Source of the DNA: an uncultured delta proteobacterium
GTDB taxonomy: Bacteria; Myxococcota; Myxococcia; Myxococcales; Myxococcaceae
Length of the DNA stretch: 64,000 nucleotides
NCBI GenBank assembly: GCA_963796055.1
Contig: CAWCKH010000004.1
Coordinates: 2,176,001-2,240,000 of the forward strand
Direction: 5' to 3'
Of this stretch, positions 51,537 through 64,000 are shown one piece after another. How positions within the stretch are numbered: the first letter of the stretch is position 1; the number at the start of each line of letters is the position of its first letter. The notes below the pieces were generated by a model, which did not search any database, had not been told where the DNA came from, and worked only from the letters and a program-made list of their open reading frames with translations. Made by a program: the position numbers and the translations under genes.

Positions 51537-53029
51537 TCAGAGTTCCACCCTCTTCTCGGTATGGTTCTGACCGTCGAAGCGCAGGCACACGCCCTTGTTC
51601 TCCACCTTGGTCACGAGATTACACGGGCGGCGCCAGACGGTCTGGAGGTTTCGCAGGGTCTCGCGGGCATAGTCCGGCTTGAGGTCCTGCCCGTCGTGCT
51701 TGTGCGCCAGGAGCAGCTCACCCCGGTTCTCGAAGTTCCCGTCCACCACCTCGATGATCGGCTGGCCGAAGTTGGTGAGCTGGGACAGCAGCTTGTTCTT
51801 CACCTTGCGGAACTCGCGGTCGAGGATCTCCCAGCTGTTCCGCTTCTCGTTGAAGCCGTAGACGAACAGCTTCTGCTCGATCGCGAACTCCGGGGTGAGG
51901 AAGGTGTCGATGAAGGTGACGTCGTTGTAGTGCTTGCGAACCTCGAAGATCTTCTCCCGGCCCAGGCCCAGGTTCTTGTCCCAGGCGCGGCGGGCCTTGA
52001 GGTCGTCACACTCGTCCCACTCCTTGCCGAAGCGGCCCTTGTTCCACCGCTCCTCGATGTCCCGATACAGCTCGATGCCCAGCTTGTAGGGGTTCAGCGC
52101 GCCGGGGCGGGTGCCCAGGGTGCCGGAGTGGTGGTCGGCATAGTCGACGACCTCGTCGGCGGTCAGAGCCTTCCTGGTCATGATCGTCGAGTGCCAGTAG
52201 GAGGCCCAGCCCTCGTTCATGATCTTGGTCTGTCCCTGGGGCGCGAAGTAGTAGGCCTCCTCGCGGAGGATGGCCAGCACGTCGAACTCCCACGGCTCGA
52301 GCGGGGCGTGCTCCAGGAGGAAGAGCAGGACGTCCCGCTGCGGCCGCTCGGGGAAGTGCTTCTTCTTCGCCTTCTCGTCCTCGACCTTCTTTCGCTGCGA
52401 CTCGAGGAACTCGGTGGGGTTGACGTAGCCGCGCATGTACTCGCGGTCGACCCGGAAGCCCTCCACCCGCTCGTTGCTCTTCTCCTCCTGCTCGGCCCGC
52501 TTCGGGTCCGGGGAGCGGCGGATGTACGGCGAGTGGTAGTCGATCAGGTTCTCCAGGGAGAGGGCCCGGTCGATGAAGTCCTCGACCTTCTCGATGCCCA
52601 CCTTGTCCACCCAGCGCCGGACGCGGGTGGCGTGATTGGCCATCTCGTCCATCATCCGGCGGTTGGTGTGCTGGAAATAGAAGTTGTTCTTGAAGAAGTC
52701 GCAGTGCCCGTACACGTGGGCCATCACCAGCTTCTGGTCCACCTCGGCATTCGACTCGAGCAGGTACGCGTAACAGGGCTCGTTGTTGATGACCAGCTCG
52801 TAGATCTTCGAGAGCCCGTACTCGTAGCCCTTGCTGAGCTGCTCGTACTCCATCCCCCAGCGCCAGTGAGGGTAGCGGTTGGGGAAGCCGCCGTAGGAGG
52901 CGACCATGTTCAGCTCGTCGTAGCCGAGGAGCTCGAACACCGTCTCGAAGAAGTCCAGACCGAAGCCCTGGGCGTAGCCTTCGATCTCCTCCTTGAGCTG
53001 GGCCAGGCGAGGGGTGAGGCTCTTGGGCA

Positions 53030-53030
<1 letters not shown>
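51537..53030 (-). CDS. spoVR: SpoVR-family protein (YcgB-like)
   Basis: [56 protein letters not shown]. Confidence 0.95.
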
Positions 53031-54139
<1,109 letters not shown>

Positions 54140-54141
54140 CG

Positions 54142-56214
<2,073 letters not shown>

Positions 56215-56457
56215 CCTCTGGACGCTCCGCCAGGGCGGGCGCCCATTGAAACCCCACACCGGCGCGGGATGGGACCGCGCGAGCGTGTCCGGCGCTGAAG
56301 GGGCGGGCGGCTCCCGAAGGCCAGGGCCTGCCGGGGGGCGCCGTCCCGCGCGTCCGGGACGCGGGGTGGAGACTTCCTGCTAAGGGTGAAGCTTATTCCT
56401 TCCGGCGGAGCGCTTCCAATGCCCCCCGGGTCCCTGCTAGGCGCAGCGGACAGATCG

Positions 56458-58047
56458 ATGCCCACTCCATCCGTCGCTCCCCGGATCGAGGACTCCCCGT
56501 TGGCCAGCTCCCCTCCCCGCGTGTCGAGCGAGGAGGCGCGAGCGGCCTGGAGTCTGCTCTTCGCCTGCGCTCTGGTGCTTCTACCTCGGCTGGCTGTCTT
56601 CCCCTGGAGCGAGAATCTCTACGGCGACGCCGTGGTCCGCACCGAGCTCGCCCAGCGCTGGCTGGACAACCCCCACTGGATCGCCCACATGGACGACGGC
56701 GCCTTCCAGTACGGGCCGTTGCACGTGTATCTGCTGGCAGGTGCGCTCGCCCTGGGCATCGACCGCGAGGATGCGGGCCGGTGGGTGAGTCTGCTGTTCG
56801 GTGTGCTCTCGGTGCTCCCGCTCTGGTCGCTGTCGCGCCGGCTGGGAGGGACCCAGGGCGCCTGGTGGGCCACGGCCGGGCTGGCGCTGTGGGGCATGCA
56901 CATCCAGATGTCCACCACCGCCGGGAGCGAGTCGGTGGGCCTCTCCTTCGTCCTCTGGTCGCTGGCGCTCCTGGCCGAGGGCCTGGACGAGAACCGCTTC
57001 CCGCCGCTCTTCGGCAGCGCGCTGGTGCTGAACCTGGCCTGCGCCGTCCGCTACGACTGCTGGCTGCTCATCCCGCTCCTCTGCGTGCTCCTGCTTCTCG
57101 GAGACCGCGACCGGGTGGCGGCCGTCACCCGCTCGGTCTGCTACGGGCTGCTGTCCATTCCCTTCGTCGCCGCGTGGATGCAGGGGAACGAGCGGGCCAA
57201 GGGCGACCCGTTTGCGCCCATCAAGTACATCGAGAGCTTCCACCAGGCCTGGGTGGCGGAGGGCGTGGCGCGCTGGACCTCCGTCGGGTACCGCGCCCAG
57301 AACCTCTTCTTCTGGCCGGCGGTGGCGCTCTTGACCCTCTCCCCGCTCATCGCCTGGTTCGGAATGCGGGGGATGATCCAGGTCTGGCGGCAGCGGCGGG
57401 AGTACCGCTGGCTGATCTGGGTGCTTCTGGCGCCGACGGCGTACTTCACCTTTCGCAGCGTGGTGCTCCTGAACTTCGTCCCCTTGGCCCGCTTCGCGGT
57501 GTCGCAGGTGGCGCTGCTGCTGCCGTTCGTGGGCGTGGGCTACCTGGCCACGGTCGAGGGTCGCTCGCTCGCCGCACGGCGGACCTGGGCGGCAGCGGCG
57601 CTGGGGCTGGCGGTGCTCTTCCCGGTGGTGATCGGCATCCTCACCGTCCACCGTGACGACCAGGTCGCCACCTCGCTCCGTCCGGTGAGCCCGGTGTCCA
57701 CCAACCCGCCAGCGGTGATGAAGGTGGCCGGCTGGCTGAAGTCCGAGGTCGCGCCGGTGGGTGGGGCGGCCGCGCTCGATGTGGACCCGCAGTACTGGGA
57801 TCTCCAGATCGCCTTCTTCAGCGGGCTGCCCGACACCCGCATCTCCCGGATGCGCTGGGACATCTTCAGAAAGCAGCTCGCCGAGCAGCGGCCGGAGGTG
57901 CTGGTGCGGCGCGAGGGCGGGATGCTGGAGAAAGAGCCCGACTTCCTGCTCCAGGGAGATACCATCTCCTTCGACGGGGACGGCTGGGAAGAGGTCCCGG
58001 GTTTCCAGCGTCCCTGGCACGTCTACCGTCGCGCCGGCAGCCACTAG
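56458..58047 (+). CDS. GT-C (ArnT/PMT-like) membrane glycosyltransferase
   Basis: Multiple TM segments; GDA..R, GPLH.YL, GRWVSLLFG, SE, RYDCW motifs. Confidence 0.75.
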   Translation: MPTPSVAPRIEDSPLASSPPRVSSEEARAAWSLLFACALVLLPRLAVFPWSENLYGDAVVRTELAQRWLDNPHWIAHMDDGAFQYGPLHVYLLAGALALGIDREDAGRWVSLLFGVLSVLPLWSLSRRLGGTQGAWWATAGLALWGMHIQMSTTAGSESVGLSFVLWSLALLAEGLDENRFPPLFGSALVLNLACAVRYDCWLLIPLLCVLLLLGDRDRVAAVTRSVCYGLLSIPFVAAWMQGNERAKGDPFAPIKYIESFHQAWVAEGVARWTSVGYRAQNLFFWPAVALLTLSPLIAWFGMRGMIQVWRQRREYRWLIWVLLAPTAYFTFRSVVLLNFVPLARFAVSQVALLLPFVGVGYLATVEGRSLAARRTWAAAALGLAVLFPVVIGILTVHRDDQVATSLRPVSPVSTNPPAVMKVAGWLKSEVAPVGGAAALDVDPQYWDLQIAFFSGLPDTRISRMRWDIFRKQLAEQRPEVLVRREGGMLEKEPDFLLQGDTISFDGDGWEEVPGFQRPWHVYRRAGSH

Positions 58048-58055
58048 AGGGCCCC

Positions 58056-59570
58056 ATGACCCAGGCCGCACCCGCCGTGACCCGCTCGAATGCGAGTCGC
58101 CCCCCGACGTGGAAGTCCTTCGCCGCCCTGTTCCTGATCGAGATGTGGGAACGGTTCGGCTACTACGGGATGACCGCGCTGGTGGTCATCTACATGGTGG
58201 AGCGGCTCGGTTACACCGACGACCGGGCGAACCTCACCTTCGGAGCGCTCGTGGCGATGGCGTACGCGTCGCCAGCAGTGGGTGGCTGGCTAGGGGACAA
58301 GGTGCTTGGCACGCGCCGGATGACGGTGATCGGCGCGACCATTCTGGCCCTCGGTTATGCGCTCCTCGCCACCCCAGGAGCCCCGATCTTCGTGGCGTTC
58401 GGGATCATCGCGGTGGGAAGCGGACTGTTCAAGCCGAACCCGGCCAATCTCGTCTCGAAGGTCTACGAGGGCAATCCGGCGAAGATCGATTCTGCCTTCA
58501 CCCTCTATTACATGTCGGTGAACGTCGGCTCCACGTTCTCCCAGCTCATCCTGCCCAAGGTGGCCGAGCATGTGAGCTGGCACCTCGCATTCGGGCTCTG
58601 CGCGGGAGGCCTGGTCCTCGGGCTCATGTTGTACTTCTTCATGAGCCGGTTCCTGCGTCACGTCGGCTCCCCGCCCGACTTCCAGCCGTTCCCCTGGACG
58701 AAGTTCGCGCTGACCGTCGTCGGGTGCCTCGCCGCCGTGGTGTTCGTGTCCTTCGTGGTCCAGAACCTGATGGTCGCCAGGGCGATGGTCTGGCTGGCCG
58801 CGCTGGTCATGCTCGGCATCTTCGCCATGCTCATCGCGCGAGGCACTCGACGCGAACGGAGCGGACTGATCGCGGTGCTGATCCTCACCGCGCAGGGGAT
58901 CGTCTTCTTCATCTTCTACCAGCAGATGTCGACGTCGCTGACGCTGTTCGCTCTTCGCAACGTCGACCTCTCCCTGCCGTTCGGCTTCCACTGGTCGGCC
59001 GGCCAAGTGCAGGCCCTGAATCCGCTGTGGATCTTCGCCCTCAGCCCGGCACTCGCCTGGGCCTACACCACGATGGGGAAGCGGTCGGGCGGAGACCTGC
59101 CGGTCGCGGTGAAGTTCGCCCTCGGGTTCGTGGTCCTGGCCGCTGGCTTCTTCACCTTCGGCGGGAGCGGCTTGTTCGCGGGCCCCGATGGACGCGTGTC
59201 GTTCTGGTGGATGGTCCTCGGCTACGGGCTCTTGTCGCTCGGCGAGCTGCTGATCAGCGGCCTCGGACTGGCGATGGTGGCCCGTTACGTCGGCCCGAGG
59301 CTGCGCGGATTCCTCATGGGGACGTGGTTTCTCGCCACCGGCATCTCGCAGTACCTCGGCAGCTACGTGGCGACGTTCGCCAGCGTGCCCCCGGACGTGA
59401 CCGACCCGCACCAGACCCTGCCCCTCTACATGCGGCTGTACTTCTGGCTGGGGGCGGTGGCGGTGGCCGGGGCGATCGTCTCCTTCGGCTTGCTGCCCGT
59501 GATGAAGCGCCTCTCGTCCGAATCGGCCCAGACGGAGCCGGGAGCGGCCGTGGCCGCGGCGGCGACCTGA
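58056..59570 (+). CDS. POT/PTR-family di/tripeptide:H+ symporter
   Basis: EMWERFGYYG, GGWLGDKVLG, GLFKPN, YYMSVNVG, GELLISGLG. Confidence 0.94.
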   Translation: MTQAAPAVTRSNASRPPTWKSFAALFLIEMWERFGYYGMTALVVIYMVERLGYTDDRANLTFGALVAMAYASPAVGGWLGDKVLGTRRMTVIGATILALGYALLATPGAPIFVAFGIIAVGSGLFKPNPANLVSKVYEGNPAKIDSAFTLYYMSVNVGSTFSQLILPKVAEHVSWHLAFGLCAGGLVLGLMLYFFMSRFLRHVGSPPDFQPFPWTKFALTVVGCLAAVVFVSFVVQNLMVARAMVWLAALVMLGIFAMLIARGTRRERSGLIAVLILTAQGIVFFIFYQQMSTSLTLFALRNVDLSLPFGFHWSAGQVQALNPLWIFALSPALAWAYTTMGKRSGGDLPVAVKFALGFVVLAAGFFTFGGSGLFAGPDGRVSFWWMVLGYGLLSLGELLISGLGLAMVARYVGPRLRGFLMGTWFLATGISQYLGSYVATFASVPPDVTDPHQTLPLYMRLYFWLGAVAVAGAIVSFGLLPVMKRLSSESAQTEPGAAVAAAAT

Positions 59571-59584
59571 GCGCGAGGAGCCCC

Positions 59585-60412
59585 GTGCCAGCGACCTTGC
59601 TGGTGTTCCCCCAGTGGCAGGGCGGGGGGTGCGTTCCGGGCCTCCGGGAGGCGGCGCTGGCGCTGGCGCCCCGGGCGGCCGGAACGCGTCGCCGGCTGGA
59701 GGTGGAGGTCGCGTCCCTGCATCCCCTTGCGTCCGAGCAGGGGATCCAGGGCCGCGCCGAGCTGCTCCGCCAGCTCGCGGACGCCCGTGCACGGCTCGAC
59801 GCCCAGCGCCCGGAACGGGTCTTCGCCGTGGGAGGAGACTGCGGGATCGAGGTGGCCGTCCTCTCGTACCTCCACGCCCGGAGCCAGGGTTCGCTGGCGG
59901 TGGTCTGGCTGGACGCGCACGGAGATCTCAACACCCCGGAGAGCTCCCCCAGCGGGCACTTCCACGGGATGCCACTCCGGGTACTCCTGGGCGAGGGGGA
60001 CCCGGCCTTCACCGCGCTGGTCGACCGACCGCTGCTGCCGGCGCAGGTGGTGCTCGCCGGGACGCGTTCGCTCGATGCACCGGAGCAGGAGGTGGTGGCC
60101 GCCCGGGGACTCGCGGTGATCTCGTCGGAGGTCCTCGCAGGGCAGCCATCCTCGCTGGGGCGGTGGATCCGGAGCACCGGACTGGCCCGGGCCTACGTCC
60201 ACCTGGACCTCGACGTCTGTGACCCTCGGGAGGTGCCGGACGTGGTCTGCCCCACCCCCGGGGGACTCTCGGTCGGCGCGCTGGTCCGCGTGCTCCGTGC
60301 ACTCTCCGCCGAGGTGGAGATCGTCGGAGCGTCGCTGACCGAGGCGACCTTCGCCGGTCCGTCGGTCCCGCCCCCGCTGGAGCCGCTGCTCGACTGGTTC
60401 CGGGACGCCTGA
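59585..60412 (+). CDS. Arginase-family protein
   Basis: PQWQG, GGDC, WLDAHGDLNTPESSPSG.FHGMP, HLDLDV.DP. Confidence 0.88.
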   Translation: MPATLLVFPQWQGGGCVPGLREAALALAPRAAGTRRRLEVEVASLHPLASEQGIQGRAELLRQLADARARLDAQRPERVFAVGGDCGIEVAVLSYLHARSQGSLAVVWLDAHGDLNTPESSPSGHFHGMPLRVLLGEGDPAFTALVDRPLLPAQVVLAGTRSLDAPEQEVVAARGLAVISSEVLAGQPSSLGRWIRSTGLARAYVHLDLDVCDPREVPDVVCPTPGGLSVGALVRVLRALSAEVEIVGASLTEATFAGPSVPPPLEPLLDWFRDA

Positions 60413-60516
60413 GGCCGGGTCAACCGATGGTGATTCCCTCACGGACCATCGCCCGCTGCACCGAGGGCCGCTGGAGCATCCGCTCGGTGTGGGCAGTCCA
60501 GGCGGGGTAGCGGCGC

Positions 60517-61041
60517 ATGTCGAACATCCGCCGCTCTGGGGGACCCAGCCGCACGCCGCGAAATCTCAACCGAGAGGTCGGGTCAGTGCCGAGCGGGGGA
60601 GGGAATCAGCTCCGGGCGTGGGCTGCGAAGGGCGAGCTCGTCGGATTGCCCGTGGAGCAGGAAATTCCGCGGCTGCCGGTGTGGTCGGATGCCCGGACCG
60701 GCACCCTCGAAGAGCGCGCCCGTGCCTACCTCGACGTGAACTGCTCGCACTGTCACCGGTCCGGGGGCGAGGCGGAGAACACCGGTCTGGTGCTGACCCT
60801 CGAGCAGGAGGCGTCCTACCACCTCGGGATCTGCAAGCAGCCCGGCGGGACGGGGCCCGGCCCGGGTGGACGGCCCTGGGAGATCGATCCCGGGCACCCG
60901 GAGAGCTCGGCGGTCGTCTACCGGATGTCCTCCACCACCCCCGGAACGGCAATGCCGCAGATCGCCCGGAGCGTGGTCGACACCGAGGGCGTGGGGCTCG
61001 TCGCCGACTGGATCGCCCAGCTCTCGGGAACCTGCCCCTGA
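60517..61041 (+). pseudogene. C-terminal fragment of an SO2930-like c-type cytochrome
   Basis: RARAYLDVNCSHCH, GICK.P, PG.PESS...YRM.ST.PG..MP; no signal peptide and no first heme motif. Confidence 0.7.
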
Positions 61042-61107
61042 GCTCCGGATGCGCGCCGGGGCCCGGCTCCGGGGTGCGTGGCGTCGCCCCGGATGCGCTG
61101 TTGAACG

Positions 61108-61977
61108 TCAGCGCTTTCGTCGGGGGAAGGGCCGTCGCTGCGTGGCGCGCCAGTGGGCTGCAGGGGAGATACCGAGCTCGCGGCGAAAAGCGCGCGAGAG
61201 GGCCTGGCGGCTGCCGAAGCCAGCGGCGGACGCGATGCGATCGAGGTCGGCTTCCCCGGTTCGAAGGACCTCGGCCGCACGGCGCACCCGCGCCTGCCTC
61301 AGAAGGGCCGCGGGGCTGGTGCCGCCGAACTGCGTGAACCGCGCGCGTGTCCGCTGGCGAGTTCGCCCCAGGGCCCGTGCGAGGGAGAACACCGTCGCTC
61401 CCGGCCGGGCCGCCTGGGCCAGGTGCTCGCGCAGGAGCGGGTCGGCCAGCATCCGGAACCAGCCCCGGTCGGTCCACGAGATGTCGTCGCTGACGTGGGC
61501 CCGCAGCGCCTGGACGAAGAGCACCTCGCAGAGACGACTGGCGACGATGCCGCCGCCGAGCGTGGGAATCGCCAGCTCCTCACGGAGCGCGTGGAGCGAC
61601 GGTCCGAAGGACCTGGGGATGAGGCCGGCGGTGGTTCGGATGAGCGGCGGAAAGGCCTCGAGCATCGGATGCGCGAGCGGAGCCTCGAGGTGAACACGGG
61701 CCGACAGCACCTCGGGCGGGTCTGCCTCGGATGTCGCCCGGAGCGACCCCGGGACGGCCCGATTCACCACCAGCAGCTCGCCCGGATCGAGCCGGTGACG
61801 CCACAGATGCAAGTCGGCGTCGATCAGGCACCCTCCCTCGAGCACGACGTGCAGCGAGATCGCGTCCGCAGGGAAGGCGCGCCTCCATGGGCTGGCCTGG
61901 TCGTCCTCGACGATCAAGGCGCAGCGCAGCCGCAGCTCCTCGAGCGCAACCACCAGCGGATCGTCTCCGGCCTGCAC
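61108..61977 (-). CDS. AraC-family regulator with cupin-like N-terminal domain
   Basis: DPL..ALEELRL, LHVVLEGGC, RLCEVLFVQALR, IASAAGFGSRQALSRAFRRELG.SP. Confidence 0.85.
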   Translation of the reverse strand: MQAGDDPLVVALEELRLRCALIVEDDQASPWRRAFPADAISLHVVLEGGCLIDADLHLWRHRLDPGELLVVNRAVPGSLRATSEADPPEVLSARVHLEAPLAHPMLEAFPPLIRTTAGLIPRSFGPSLHALREELAIPTLGGGIVASRLCEVLFVQALRAHVSDDISWTDRGWFRMLADPLLREHLAQAARPGATVFSLARALGRTRQRTRARFTQFGGTSPAALLRQARVRRAAEVLRTGEADLDRIASAAGFGSRQALSRAFRRELGISPAAHWRATQRRPFPRRKR

Positions 61978-62034
61978 GCACCCGGTGGAAGCAAGAACCA
62001 GGCGCGGCGTTCGCGAAGTTACCCATGACGGCCT

Positions 62035-62470
62035 TCCGAAACATTTTGGAACGGTGCGGCCGGAGGGGGTCGCGCGCTCGTCGAAAGCATTCCATTCGGC
62101 TTCGCGAATCGAGAATGCGAAACCGTTCCGCCATCGTTGAACACGGCGGCGAGACGCCAGGTCCGACTTCGCGGACCGCGATCTGAGGCTGGCTCCGCGC
62201 TGCGGGCCACGAGAGGCTGCGGAGAATCCCCGCGGCGCATCGGCTGGCAGCCAGCTCGACCGACTTGCCACGTGGAGAGTCCAGGTGGACGCGCTGGAAA
62301 TGTTTCGCATCGTGCCTGTCCGAAACCGGAGGGAACGCTCGCGAGGCCCGCGCGACCCCCCTCCAGCCGGACCGTTCCAAAATGCTTCGGATCGCGCGTG
62401 TCCGAAACCCAAGAGAGCGCTCGCCGCGCCCGCAAGAGCCTTCCTCGCGCTGGACCGTTCCAAGAAGTTT
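62035..62470. repeat. Imperfect ~95-bp inverted repeat plus degenerate ~82-bp direct copies
   Basis: 62035-62076 is the reverse complement of 62349-62391 (3 mismatches, 1 indel); similarity extends to 62129/62295; TGTCCGAAACC and GGACCGTTCCAA each recur about 82 bp apart. Confidence 0.85.
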
Positions 62471-62714
62471 CGCTTCGCGGGCGAGAGAAACCTGGGGACG
62501 CACGCGGCCGACATCGAGCGCGCTCCCTGGCGAGTGGGCTACTCGTCGGCACGGCCTGCGGGACTCGACAGCCGCCCGCATGGCGACGACCCTGGGTGCC
62601 TCTCTCGACAACTCGTCCACGTCTCGAGCCTCGAGGCCAGCGCCGGATCAGCACGGGGCCGAGACCCACCCTCCTGCGTCTCCCAGAAGCAAGCGCACCG
62701 GCTCGAGGGCTGGC

Positions 62715-63779
62715 TCAGCGCTCGGAGCGCCCTCGCCGCCGCTGGTCCGCCCAGTAGTCCACCTGCCACTTCTTCACCGCGGCGTTGTGGCACTGCAGCG
62801 TGGGGCAGAAGACGTGGGTCCCGTCGTTCCGGGAGACGAAGTAGAGGTCGCTGCAGGTCGCGGGGTGGGTGACCGCCTGGAGCGCCGCGGCGCCCGAGCT
62901 GGCGATGGGGCCCGGGGGGAGCCCGTGCACGGTGTACGTGTTGTACGGGTGCGGGGTGACCAGGTCCTGCCGGCTGATGTTCTTCACGAACTTTCCGCGG
63001 ATCATCATCATCGCGTAGAGCACGGTCGGGTCCGTCTGCAGCGGCATCCCCAGCCGCAGCCGGTTCAGGAACAGGCAGGCGATGCGAGGCCGCTCCTCCG
63101 GAGCGCCGGTCTCCTTCTCCACGATCGAGGCCAGGGTGACGATCTGCAGCGGATCCAGCTTCACCGCCGGATCCTTGCTCGCCATCGCCGCCTGCAGCTC
63201 CTCGAGCGTCCGGGAGACCATCTTCCCCAGCACGCTCTCCTCGGTGTACCCGTGGGTGAAGCTGTAGGTGTCGGGGAAGAGGAAGCCCTCGAGCCGCGTG
63301 GCGGGAACGCCCAGCTTCTTCACGAACGCCTGGTCCGCGGCCAGCGCCTCGAGCCGGTCGAGGCGCAGCTTGAGCTGTGAGGACGCGAGCAGCGGGAGGA
63401 TCTCGTCCAGCCGCAGCCCCTCGGCGATGGTCACGTGGTACGTCTTCTGCTGTCCGGCGATGATCTTCTGGATGGCCTGCTCGGGCGCCAGCGGGAGCGT
63501 GAACTCGTACTCGCCGGCACGCAGCTTTGGGCCCATCTTCTCGCGGCGCAGCCAGGCGTAGGTGAGCTCGGCGTCGCTGACCACCCCGGCCTGGGCGAGC
63601 ATCTCGGCGACGCGCCGAGGCCCGCTCCCCGGTGGGATGGTGACATCCTTCGTGCCCGGCGCCCCTGTGGGGGTCCGCGCGAACTCGGTGAGCCGCTGGT
63701 CCCGCCACCACCACCACGCCGCGCCTGCGGCCGCCGCCAGGACCACGAGCAGCAGGACGATTCCCACCGCCCGCTTCAA
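62715..63779 (-). CDS. mltG: Endolytic transglycosylase MltG
   Basis: [33 protein letters not shown]...GLPPGPI. Confidence 0.95.
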   Translation of the reverse strand: MKRAVGIVLLLVVLAAAAGAAWWWWRDQRLTEFARTPTGAPGTKDVTIPPGSGPRRVAEMLAQAGVVSDAELTYAWLRREKMGPKLRAGEYEFTLPLAPEQAIQKIIAGQQKTYHVTIAEGLRLDEILPLLASSQLKLRLDRLEALAADQAFVKKLGVPATRLEGFLFPDTYSFTHGYTEESVLGKMVSRTLEELQAAMASKDPAVKLDPLQIVTLASIVEKETGAPEERPRIACLFLNRLRLGMPLQTDPTVLYAMMMIRGKFVKNISRQDLVTPHPYNTYTVHGLPPGPIASSGAAALQAVTHPATCSDLYFVSRNDGTHVFCPTLQCHNAAVKKWQVDYWADQRRRGRSER

Positions 63780-64000
63780 GGCTCGTCTCCCTGCACGGTG
63801 GCCTGGTGGGCGTCGAGCCAGCCCTGGAGGATGAGCGCAGCCGCCACCCGATCCACCACCGCCTTTCGCCGGGCCCGGGAGACGTCGGCCTCGATCAGCA
63901 TCCGGTTGGCGGCGGCAGTGGTGAGCCGCTCGTCCCAGTACGCAACGGGAAGTCCGAGCTGGCGCGCCACGGCGTCGCCGAAGCGGCGGGCCTCGGCGGC
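63776..64000 (-). CDS. ruvX: RuvX/YqgF nuclease (5'-partial)
   Basis: [22 protein letters not shown]; lies upstream of mltG. Confidence 0.92.
   Translation of the reverse strand, partial: AAEARRFGDAVARQLGLPVAYWDERLTTAAANRMLIEADVSRARRKAVVDRVAAALILQGWLDAHQATVQGDEP

Noticed and set aside
62035..62470. CRISPR-like GTTTCG/CGAAAC motifs, or a MITE
   Set aside because: Copies are degenerate and partly inverted, the sequence between motifs is also repeated, and no target-site duplication is visible.
62285..62872. 195-aa ORF in the AraC-mltG gap
   Set aside because: No recognisable motifs; it overlaps mltG antisense and runs through the repeat region.

Overview
Very GC-rich chromosomal window, most consistent with a myxobacterium (Oar/MlpA-like pair, sigma-32-like factor, PrkA-DUF444-SpoVR operon). 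Housekeeping genes (glk-pgl-rpe, DEAD-box helicase, dnaE, glgP, mltG, ruvX) alternate with accessory clusters of regulators, transporters and hydrolases. All product calls come from motif recognition only; no database searches were run. The most notable features are: (1) an 85-bp modular repeat that occurs as a 2.7-copy tandem array and as a dispersed copy, both starting exactly at a CTAG stop codon; (2) an IS5-family element inserted, with a CTAG duplication, into the shared stop codons of two convergent genes; (3) a ~95-bp imperfect inverted repeat plus degenerate tandem copies upstream of an AraC gene; (4) an orphan type ISP-like adenine methyltransferase; (5) at least six gene remnants or internal deletions, including an Oar::MlpA chimera; (6) four single-base frameshifts that may be assembly errors. 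I saw no rRNA, tRNA, CRISPR array or prophage. No multi-gene novel system is proven; the repeat families are the best leads.
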